Assembly (NCBI GenBank): GCA_964545165.1
Contig: CAZJEQ010000004.1
Location: 17,716 to 81,715 of the forward strand
Reading direction: 5' to 3'
From: an uncultured Candidatus Saccharibacteria bacterium
GTDB taxonomy: Bacteria > Patescibacteriota > Minisyncoccia > Phycocordibacterales > UBA2100
Length of the DNA stretch: 64,000 bases
The notes under the pieces were generated by a model. The model saw only the letters and a program-made list of their open reading frames with translations, did not search any database and was not told the origin of the DNA. This document shows, piece by piece, positions 9,659 through 19,391 of the stretch. The position numbers were made by a program, and so were the translations under genes. The stretch's first letter is position 1, and each line of letters begins with the position of its first letter.

Positions 9659-10192
9659 ATGCGTAATTATTCTGGCCGTCGCGGCTTCACCCTCATTGAA
9701 TTGCTCGTGGTGATCGCCATTATCGGTATCCTCTCGTCGGTCGTACTTGCATCGCTCAACTCCGCCCGCAAAAAGGGTCGTGATGCGCGCCGCGTTGCCG
9801 ATGTGAAACAGCTCCAGCTCGCGCTCGAACTTTACTACGATGCCAATGGTTCATACCCGGCTACGACATCGGTCGCGACACTCGTGACTCCGGGCTACAT
9901 CGCGACGATTCCGACGGATCCGACGAACGGTGCCACCTATATCTACGTTCCGTATGCAGCTTCCGGCTCGACAGCAATCTGCAACGGCTATCACCTCGGT
10001 ACCTCGCTTGAGACCGCTGATCATGTTGGCCTCGACGCAGACTCTGACGTCGCTGCATTCCCATCAGGCCTCGCACTCTGCACGGCCTCGGGCGTTGCTA
10101 CGGGCCTCGGCTCGAGCGACATGAACGGTGTGGATGACAACAAGTGCGCTTCCACCGACGCTGGTGTGACGTGCTACGACGTCCGCTCGTAA
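9659..10192 (+). CDS. pilA: type IV pilin (major pilin candidate)
   Basis: Class III signal peptide: MRNYSGRRG, then FTLIELLVVIAIIGIL with Glu at +5; C-terminal Cys pair. Start set at the internal ATG. Confidence 0.8.
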   Translation: MRNYSGRRGFTLIELLVVIAIIGILSSVVLASLNSARKKGRDARRVADVKQLQLALELYYDANGSYPATTSVATLVTPGYIATIPTDPTNGATYIYVPYAASGSTAICNGYHLGTSLETADHVGLDADSDVAAFPSGLALCTASGVATGLGSSDMNGVDDNKCASTDAGVTCYDVRS

Positions 10193-10206
10193 ACTGATTC
10201 TCAATC

Positions 10207-10238
10207 ACGAAAAAGCGCCCCTCGCGGGGCGCTTTTTC
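10207..10238 (+). terminator. rho-independent terminator after the pilin gene
   Basis: AAAAAGCGCCCC-tcgc-GGGGCGCTTTTT. Confidence 0.6.
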
Positions 10239-10242
10239 GTGT

Positions 10243-10375
10243 GTACACCCAACGTCCCGTCCCTGCGGGGACGTGTCCGGGTGTAACTCAAGGTTGCACC
10301 CCACGTCACACTCCTGCAGGGGTGTGTCCGGGCGTAACTCTTCAAATTCTCTGGTGAGAATTTGAAGGTTATACT
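10243..10375 (+). repeat. structured intergenic repeat, two tandem units (locus A)
   Basis: Consensus CCACGTC-hairpin-TGTCCGGG-nGTAACTC-hairpin(TTCAAATTCTC/GAGAATTTGAA)-GGTTATA(CT); the second unit ends in TATACT 8 nt before the pilD ATG. Related copies at 17395 and 50491. Confidence 0.6.
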
Positions 10376-10383
10376 TGCCTCTA

Positions 10384-11181
10384 ATGCTTTCCGCCCTGGT
10401 ATTCGCATGCTTCGGGCTCATCATCGGGAGCTTTCTCAACGTGGTCATTGTGCGCCGCTCGATTCGATCGCTTGCCGGTCGAAGCGGCTGCCTCTCTTGT
10501 TGTGCGCAGCTGCGGGCAATTGATCTCGTACCGATCGTCTCGTGGCTCGCGCTTCGTGGTCGCTGTCGCTCCTGCGGCAGTGGGATCTCGATGCAGTACC
10601 CGCTTGTCGAGGGAGCGACGGCGCTCGTCTTTGGGATGATCGGCGGTGCAGGCCTCCCGCTCATCTCGAGTGCGCTCGCCTGCGTTATCGGTGCGCTCCT
10701 GATCGCTATTGCTGCATACGACGCACGTCATACCATCATTCCCGATGAGTGGGTGTACAGCGCGGCGCTGCTCGCGCTGGCTTTTGCGCTGAACGAGCAC
10801 GGATACTCATTAGCACTGCTTCTCGCGGGGCCGATTGCGGCGCTCCCGCTCTTTGCATTGTGGCTGGTCTCGCGTGGTCGTTGGATGGGTTTGGGGGATG
10901 CGAAGCTTGCGCTCGCGATGGGGTGGTTGCTGGGCCCCGTGTATGGCATCTATGCGGTCGGAAGTGCGTTTGTGATCGGTGCGATGCTCTCACTTGCGAT
11001 TCTGGTGCCGCTTCCGCACTATGTGCGCGCGCTTAAAAAAGCGGGGATAGTGCGCGCCCACCGTGCGACGTCATATACAATGAAAAGCGAAGTCCCATTC
11101 GGACCGTTTCTGATACTTTCATGCTTCATCGTATGGTTCGCGCTACTCTTCGCTTTACCGCTTCCCGGCGCTTTCTTCTAG
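10384..11181 (+). CDS. pilD: prepilin peptidase PilD (A24 family)
   Basis: Cys-tetrad N-terminal region CxxC..CxxC; multi-TM; catalytic Asp motifs (DARH, GLGDAKL). Track start 10375 is a TTG; the ATG at 10384 is preferred. Confidence 0.85.
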   Translation: MLSALVFACFGLIIGSFLNVVIVRRSIRSLAGRSGCLSCCAQLRAIDLVPIVSWLALRGRCRSCGSGISMQYPLVEGATALVFGMIGGAGLPLISSALACVIGALLIAIAAYDARHTIIPDEWVYSAALLALAFALNEHGYSLALLLAGPIAALPLFALWLVSRGRWMGLGDAKLALAMGWLLGPVYGIYAVGSAFVIGAMLSLAILVPLPHYVRALKKAGIVRAHRATSYTMKSEVPFGPFLILSCFIVWFALLFALPLPGAFF

Positions 11182-11753
11182 TGCGCGAGCGAGGCTTTAC
11201 GTTGATCGAGCTCCTCGTGGTCACGGCTATCATGATCTTGATCAGCGGCGTCGTGTTTGCCAACAGCAACGCGTTCGGCGGCAAAGTGTTGCTCCAGAAT
11301 CTGGCGTACGATTCAGCGCTCACGGTGCGACAGGCGCAAGTGTACGGCATCTCGGTTCAGCGATTTGCTGATGATATTTTCGCCGATGGGTATGGTGTGC
11401 GCTTCACACGCAATACAAACCCGACGGTGCAGGATCAGTTTGTGCTCTTTGCCGATGTGATCGATAAAAATGGTCTGTATGATTGTAGTTCAGCGCTCGC
11501 GTGTGAGCTGGTTGCCGCAAATCTTTTGCGCAGCGGCTACCACATCGCTGATATCTGTATTCCCGCATCGCAGGTAGAGCCGTGTGGGCACAGTACGCTC
11601 GATGTGACATTCCGCCGCCCTGATCCCGATGCGTATATCCGTGCTGACGGTCTCTCAACGTTGTATGAATCCGCGCGTGTCATATTTATCTCACCCCGCA
11701 GCGAGACACAGTCGGTCGTCGTTGAGCAGAATGGTCAAATTTCCGTGCAATAA
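11181..11753 (+). CDS. pseudopilin / minor pilin
   Basis: GTG at 11181 overlaps the pilD stop and gives a canonical short leader MRERG|FTLIELLVV; alternative ATG at 11133 gives a 21-aa leader. Confidence 0.6.
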   Translation: MRERGFTLIELLVVTAIMILISGVVFANSNAFGGKVLLQNLAYDSALTVRQAQVYGISVQRFADDIFADGYGVRFTRNTNPTVQDQFVLFADVIDKNGLYDCSSALACELVAANLLRSGYHIADICIPASQVEPCGHSTLDVTFRRPDPDAYIRADGLSTLYESARVIFISPRSETQSVVVEQNGQISVQ

Positions 11754-11756
11754 GCT

Positions 11757-12404
11757 ATGAAAAAAATTGAACGCTATATGAAAGTTTTCGCCGGCCCGTG
11801 GTCGGGCCGGCATGAACCGCCTCCTATCGGCAGAAGCCGACAGTCGGCCACTACGGGCGCGCCTTCGCGCGGGTTCACCCTCGTCGAGATGATCGTTGCT
11901 GTCGGCCTCTTTGCTGTCGTGATGCTCGTCTCCATCTCCGCGCTTCTGTCGCTTATCGATGCCAATAGAAAGGCGCAGGCGCTTCAGTCGGTTATGAACA
12001 ATCTCAACATCGCCATCGACGGTATGGTGCGCTCCATACGAGAGGGGAGCAGTTATCGATGTGGTGGGCAGAATCCCGGCAACCCTGATTGTCCGGAGAC
12101 CCCCGGCACGGTCTTCTACTTCCGACCAAGCTGTGCGGATTCGTGCAGCGACTGGATCTACAGTTTCCACGACGGCCGCCTCTGGCGCTCCACCACGGGA
12201 TTTAGCTCAGGGGAGCTTCCGCTCACCGCACCGGAAGTAACCATCGAATCGGTCTCGATGTACGTGATTGGTGCGACGCGCGGTGACAATATTCAACCGA
12301 AGGTCGTCATCATTATCAAAGGCTCTGCAGGTGCGGCGCGGACAAATGCGCGCACGACCTTCCACATTCAGTCGACTGCCGTGCAACGCGTGCTTGATAT
12401 TTAA
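11757..12404 (+). CDS. pseudopilin / minor pilin with a long leader
   Basis: ...SRG|FTLVEMIVAVGLFAVV class III motif preceded by a 38-46-aa leader; Cys-rich C-terminal domain; alternative start at 11778. Confidence 0.65.
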   Translation: MKKIERYMKVFAGPWSGRHEPPPIGRSRQSATTGAPSRGFTLVEMIVAVGLFAVVMLVSISALLSLIDANRKAQALQSVMNNLNIAIDGMVRSIREGSSYRCGGQNPGNPDCPETPGTVFYFRPSCADSCSDWIYSFHDGRLWRSTTGFSSGELPLTAPEVTIESVSMYVIGATRGDNIQPKVVIIIKGSAGAARTNARTTFHIQSTAVQRVLDI

Positions 12405-12406
12405 TA

Positions 12407-13113
12407 TGAAATTTAATATCCCTAAGGTTTTCGTCGGTTCAATTGCGTCGTCGGAACGTGCTCGTTCCGACGTGAATCTTCTCCCATCGGCCATGAGCCG
12501 ACAGTCGAACCGCTTGCAGCGGCGCCTCGCGGCGGATTCAGGCTTCACACTCATCGAAACGCTTGTGGCGATTTCACTTTTGACCGTTGCGATTGTTGCG
12601 CCGATGTCGCTCGTTACGCAATCACTCTCATCAGCGTTTTATGCGCGTGATCAGGTGACCGCATACAATCTTGCGCAGGAAGGTATCGAAGCACTTCGTG
12701 CGGTCCGTGACGGCAATATTCTCGCCAACGCGCTGGAAAGTGCTGGTCGCGGACTTCTCGATGGGATTCCGATAGGCAGTGCCTTCACCATCGATGCACG
12801 CGAATCGACGGCGGAAGACGCGATTGAAGTCTGCGCGGCGAATCCGTGCCCTCCACTGCAGACAGACGGCACGCTCTACGGATATGCAGCAGGTGATCGG
12901 AGTGTCGCTAATCGTGACCCCAATTGGGTCAATACGAACTTCACACGCACGCTCATTGCTGCATACGTTGGCCCTACTGATGTGAATAGTGGACACGATG
13001 CTATACGCATCTCGGTCACGGTCTCGTGGCGCACCGCAAACAATCAGACTCGCTCGTTTACGATTTATGAAAACATGTACCGTTGGGTAGAGGATGGTGC
13101 GGCTGCTGAATAG
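12407..13113 (+). CDS. pseudopilin / minor pilin with a long leader
   Basis: ...DSG|FTLIETLVAISLL motif; the leader is homologous to the previous gene (KVFxG...SRQS); alternative internal ATG gives a 17-aa leader. Confidence 0.65.
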
Positions 13114-13115
13114 CT

Positions 13116-13637
13116 ATGAAAAAGATCTCACAATCACAACGCGGCTTCACGCTCCTGATGGCGGCACTCGTCGCCTCTATCGTGCTCATGCTGGGCTCAT
13201 CGATTTTCTCGATTGCGCAGAAGCAAATCATTCTCTCATCCATCGGGCGTGATTCGCAGTTTGCGTTCTATGCAGCAGATACTGCAGCTGAGTGTGCGCT
13301 CTATCACGATATTCGCTTGCAGGCATTTGGTACGGCGGAAGATCCGACAGTGGCGACGGTGACGTGCGATAAGGCAGCCGATGGTTCGGACCTGACTGCA
13401 GAAACGACCATTATTGATGGCGACACTGCTGCGACCTCAACTTTTTTGATGGAATTATTCGAGCGGAACGTCTTTACGAACGAAGCAGCGGCGAATACGA
13501 ATTGTGTCGAGGTCACTGTCGCCAAGAATCCCAGTACACCCTTTACGGTTATTCACGCAGACGGGTATTCGACACCGTGTGCGGGGATTACCACCAGCGC
13601 GAGAGCCCTACAGAGGTCTATTGAACTGAGATACTAG
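13116..13637 (+). CDS. pseudopilin-like protein (PilX-like, non-canonical FTLLMAAL)
   Basis: MKKISQSQRG|FTLLMAALVASIVL; no Glu at +5; last gene of the pilus cluster. Confidence 0.6.
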   Translation: MKKISQSQRGFTLLMAALVASIVLMLGSSIFSIAQKQIILSSIGRDSQFAFYAADTAAECALYHDIRLQAFGTAEDPTVATVTCDKAADGSDLTAETTIIDGDTAATSTFLMELFERNVFTNEAAANTNCVEVTVAKNPSTPFTVIHADGYSTPCAGITTSARALQRSIELRY

Positions 13638-13663
13638 ACGGCTGTTTTTTCCTGCCACTCTAG

Positions 13664-15975
<2,312 letters not shown>

Positions 15976-15976
15976 T

Positions 15977-17386
15977 ATGGATCTCTCAAAAATCACGCTC
16001 AAGAGCGCACGCGAGTCGCTCGATAAGAAAGAGTTTTCCTCCCGCGAACTAACGGACGCCTATATCGATGCGATTAAGCAGAAAGACGGTGATGTACATG
16101 CGTATCTCGAAGTCTGGGAATCGGAGGCCCGTACTGAAGCAGATGCGGCGGATGCGCGCATTGCCAAAGGCAGTGCGAGTGCGCTCACCGGCATCCCGCT
16201 CGGTATCAAGGACAACATCCTGATTGAAGGCCGTACGGTTTCTGCTGCGTCGAAAATGCTTGAGCATTACCGCGCTTCGTACGATGCGACGGTCACGACG
16301 AAGCTCAAGGCCGAGGGCGCGGTTCTCTTGGGTCGCACCAACATGGATGAATTCGCGATGGGCAGCTCTACGGAGAATTCCGCATTTGGGGTCACGAAAA
16401 ATCCACTCGACCTTACGCGCGTGCCTGGCGGCTCATCTGGCGGCTCTGCTGCTGCGGTCGCAGGGGATATGGCGGTAGCCGCACTGGGGTCGGATACCGG
16501 TGGATCTATTCGTCAGCCTGCCTCTCTCACCGGCCTCGTCGGGCTCAAGACCACCTACGGGGCGGTCTCACGCTTTGGCCTTATCGCGATGGGCTCGAGT
16601 CTCGATCAAATCGGTCCGCTGACAAAAACGGTTGATGATGCACAGATACTGTTCAACGCCATCAAGGGATACGATGCCAACGACAGCACCTCGCTTCCAG
16701 ATGTCGCGATGACTGCAAAGCAGCCGCGCGTGATCGGCGTGCCGCGCGCATTCTTTGCACATGGCGTCGATCCAGATGTGCTCGCAGCATTCGAGAAGAA
16801 GCTCGCGGGTCTTAAGGATGCCGGCTATGAGCTTCGCGATATTGAATTGCCGACAGCCCCATACGGGCTCGCCGTGTACTACATCGTGATGCCGGCAGAA
16901 GTGTCGACCAACCTCTCGCGTCTTGATGGTATCCGCTACGGCCACTCGGTGCAGGCTGAGACGATCGCGGAGGTGTATACCGCATCGCGCGGTGAGGGCT
17001 TTGGCCCCGAGACCCGACGCCGTATTTTGGTCGGCAGCTTTGTGCTCTCGGCGGGCTATGCCGATGCGTACTATCGTCGTGCCAAAGCCGTGCGCGCCGA
17101 AATCACTCGTGAATTCAAAGCGGCATTCGAGAGTGGTATCGATGTGATCGCCACTCCTACCACGCCATCGCCCGCATTCAAGATCGGAGCGAAGTCTGAC
17201 CCTGTTGCGATGTATGCGGAAGACCTTTTCACCGTGCCGATGAATCTCACCGGCAATCCGGCGATATCTCTGCCATCAGGCATGGTTGAGCGAGATGGAA
17301 AAAAACTCCCTGTCGGCATCCAGCTCATTGCGCCACATCGCGGCGAGGAAACTTTGTTTACAATCGGCCGCGATCTTGAGCAGTAG
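15977..17386 (+). CDS. gatA: Asp/Glu-tRNA amidotransferase subunit A (amidase)
   Basis: Amidase signature GGSSGGSAAAVA, with the Ser-cisSer-Lys triad context. Confidence 0.9.
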   Translation: MDLSKITLKSARESLDKKEFSSRELTDAYIDAIKQKDGDVHAYLEVWESEARTEADAADARIAKGSASALTGIPLGIKDNILIEGRTVSAASKMLEHYRASYDATVTTKLKAEGAVLLGRTNMDEFAMGSSTENSAFGVTKNPLDLTRVPGGSSGGSAAAVAGDMAVAALGSDTGGSIRQPASLTGLVGLKTTYGAVSRFGLIAMGSSLDQIGPLTKTVDDAQILFNAIKGYDANDSTSLPDVAMTAKQPRVIGVPRAFFAHGVDPDVLAAFEKKLAGLKDAGYELRDIELPTAPYGLAVYYIVMPAEVSTNLSRLDGIRYGHSVQAETIAEVYTASRGEGFGPETRRRILVGSFVLSAGYADAYYRRAKAVRAEITREFKAAFESGIDVIATPTTPSPAFKIGAKSDPVAMYAEDLFTVPMNLTGNPAISLPSGMVERDGKKLPVGIQLIAPHRGEETLFTIGRDLEQ

Positions 17387-17394
17387 CGCGGTAT

Positions 17395-17545
17395 GCCCCA
17401 CGTCGTATTGCTGCACGAATACGTCCGGGCATAACTCCTGAGATTCTCTGGTGAGCATCCGGGTGACACCCCACGTCACATTCCTGCGGGAATGTGTCCG
17501 GGAGTAACTCTTCAAATTCTCTACTGAGAATTTGAAGGTTATAAT
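17395..17545 (+). repeat. structured intergenic repeat, two tandem units (locus B)
   Basis: Same family as 10243 and 50491. Unit 2 is CCACGTCACATTCCTGCGGGAATGTGTCCGGGAGTAACTCTTCAAATTCTCtactGAGAATTTGAAGGTTATAAT; the TATAAT at 17540-45 lies 6 nt before the ATG at 17552. Confidence 0.6.
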
Positions 17546-17551
17546 CTCCAT

Positions 17552-18250
17552 ATGCAAGGAGATCCTACGGTCGCTCACGGCGTCGGCTGGGCGTTTCAAT
17601 CAGTACTCGAAGTGATGTTTCGCTGGGTGCCGGCGACGCTCCTGACGATGACCAACACCTCGTCGTATCCCAATCCTGATCCCATCAAGACGCCACTGAC
17701 GCAGCCGGTCTCGACGACCGACGTGGTGAACTTCCTCCAAATAGCGTCGCCCGCATCGTTTGATCAGCTCTTCCATCAGTGGGCGCTGTTTGTCGCGATT
17801 TCCATCATGCTCTCATTGCTCCTGGGTGTGGCATGTCTCTACTGCGGTATTCGTATTTGGCAGGTACGACAGAATGAGCGCGCAAAGCGCCTTGCCTTTG
17901 CCCATACGGTGGCTGCCAAGGATGTGCCGAAGACGCAGCTCCGCTGGAATCGCATTCGCGAGCAGATTGCCGCACCGAGCGAAGATCAGTGGCGTCTCGC
18001 GATTCTTGAAGCCGACATCATGCTCAATGAGCTGCTCGATGTGCAGGGTCTGCGTGGAGAAACCATGGCCGACAAGCTCAAGCAGGCGAATCGTTCGCAA
18101 TTCCGTACCATCGATCTCGCATGGGAGGCCCATGCCATGCGTAATCGGATCGCGCACGAGAGCATGCACAAGCCACTCGACGAACACGAAGCGCGTCGCA
18201 CCATCGGAATGTTTGAGCAGGTATTTCGTGAATTCCAATTTGTTGAGTAA
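17552..18250 (+). CDS. hypothetical membrane protein with a C-terminal HEPN-like Rx4H motif
   Basis: One TM helix (ALFVAISIMLSLLLGVACLY); the C-terminal helical region ends ...AWEAHAMRNRIAHE (R-x4-H). Confidence 0.55.
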   Translation: MQGDPTVAHGVGWAFQSVLEVMFRWVPATLLTMTNTSSYPNPDPIKTPLTQPVSTTDVVNFLQIASPASFDQLFHQWALFVAISIMLSLLLGVACLYCGIRIWQVRQNERAKRLAFAHTVAAKDVPKTQLRWNRIREQIAAPSEDQWRLAILEADIMLNELLDVQGLRGETMADKLKQANRSQFRTIDLAWEAHAMRNRIAHESMHKPLDEHEARRTIGMFEQVFREFQFVE

Positions 18251-18263
18251 CTATAAAAAGTCG

Positions 18264-18293
18264 ATCCCGGCAGACTGATGCCTGCCGGGTCGG
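18264..18293. terminator. bidirectional terminator hairpin
   Basis: CCCGGCAG-actgatg-CCTGCCGGG lying between convergent genes. Confidence 0.5.
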
Positions 18294-18302
18294 ATGTACT
18301 GC

Positions 18303-18803
18303 TTAGAGCAGGATGAGCTGGGGCGGCTTGTGTATATCGATCGGCGTCGTGCATTGTTTCGGACGTCGCCGTACGCGTACGCCAGCAGCTCGCTTCTTCG
18401 CATTGGCGCTTCTTCGTATGTTGTTGCGCCGCAGGAAAATCCACATAATGCCCGCGTGGAACCCCTGGAACTTCTTCCTCCTGGGGTAGTCGATCTCAGG
18501 GTAATCCATGCGGACCGTCTGTTGCACATGCAGCTGCAGCTTCTCCGTGGGATGCCACGTTTTGCTTGAGAGATTGAACAAGCGCTGAAGCTCCCCGTAC
18601 TGCAGGTCTTGTCGCCACCACTTCTTCGACGTGGCGACATGCGAAATGGCATCTCGAAGTTCAAGATCGCTGGCGTCTGTGTGCTCGGGACGTTCGTAGG
18701 TCGGCTTCGCGACGGTGCGAATTCCGTACTGGTCGAACATCTCCGCATACGTGTCGGGTGGGGCAAAAGGTGCGTGGACCTCGGCCATGTGCATGCTCCT
18801 CAA
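18303..18803 (-). CDS. hypothetical protein (basic C-terminus)
   Basis: 166-aa ORF with protein-like composition; the overlapping alternative-frame ORF 18251..18766 is Ser/Arg-rich junk. Confidence 0.5.
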   Translation of the reverse strand: MRSMHMAEVHAPFAPPDTYAEMFDQYGIRTVAKPTYERPEHTDASDLELRDAISHVATSKKWWRQDLQYGELQRLFNLSSKTWHPTEKLQLHVQQTVRMDYPEIDYPRRKKFQGFHAGIMWIFLRRNNIRRSANAKKRAAGVRVRRRPKQCTTPIDIHKPPQLILL

Positions 18804-18927
18804 TCACGTGAGAGGGGAACGCTACGCTGGCGTCGTTATACCGCGGTATCGGTGTGCTTTCAATGAGTCTCGTCGGACAGCGATTCATTGCGAGCCCATT
18901 CGCTTTGTAGTAAAGTACTCCGACGAT

Positions 18928-18999
18928 AGCGGGGTGGAGCAGTAGTAGCTCGCCAGGCTCATAACCTGGAGGTCGGGGGTGCAAGTCCCTCCCCCGCAA
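18928..18999 (+). tRNA. tRNA-Met (CAT), initiator-like
   Basis: Cloverleaf AGCGGGG..CTCATAA..; unpaired 1:72 (A:A); close to E. coli tRNA-fMet (CGCGGGGTGGAGCAG...CCCCGCAACCA); CCA not encoded. Confidence 0.8.
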
Positions 19000-19003
19000 C
19001 ATG

Positions 19004-19039
19004 AAGACAAAACACTCGCTTTCGCGAGTGTTTTGTCTT
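19004..19039 (+). terminator. strong terminator hairpin after the tRNA
   Basis: Perfect 16-bp palindrome AAGACAAAACACTCGC-tttc-GCGAGTGTTTTGTCTT. Confidence 0.6.
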
Positions 19040-19049
19040 AGGGCGACTT

Positions 19050-19229
19050 CTAATCGTTGAGAATACTAATGACTACTTGTGCAATGAGTCCGACAAGGAG
19101 AAATACGAGCGCGATCCAAAATGGCTTCCATACCCAAAAGAAGACCGCCTGCATTGCCGTATAGACGAAAAAGATAAAGACGAGGGGAAGCACCACGAAG
19201 GAGTTGAACATGAGAATCTTGTTCCACAT
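19050..19229 (-). CDS. small membrane protein (59 aa)
   Basis: MWNKILMFNSFVVLPLVFIFFVYTAMQAVFFWVWKPFWIALVFLLVGLIAQVVISILND; TATACAAT 6 nt upstream (leaderless). Confidence 0.4.
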   Translation of the reverse strand: MWNKILMFNSFVVLPLVFIFFVYTAMQAVFFWVWKPFWIALVFLLVGLIAQVVISILND

Positions 19230-19306
19230 GGTTGCATTGTATACCTTTTCAGGTGTGCTCTCCCGCTCGCAAAAGAGCAAGATTTGCGATATTCTCTCGG
19301 GTAACG

Positions 19307-19383
19307 TCGGGGTAGCTCAGTCGGTTAGAGCGAGCGTTTCATAAGCGCTAGGTCGTGGGTTCGAATCCCACCCTCGACACCAA
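19307..19383 (+). tRNA. tRNA with CAT anticodon (elongator Met or Ile2-lysidine)
   Basis: GTCGGGGTAGCTCAGTCGGTTAGAGC...TTCATAA...GGTTCGAATCC...CACCA; CCA encoded. Confidence 0.85.
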
Positions 19384-19391
19384 GAAAGAGG

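Noticed and set aside
10375-10383. Track start codons at 10375 (TTG), 32941 (GTG), 38170 (TTG), 63782 (TTG)
   Set aside because: Downstream ATGs give N-termini matching the family (PilD, ATL, GIY-YIG) or leaderless -10 spacing. The alternative-start extensions are not needed.
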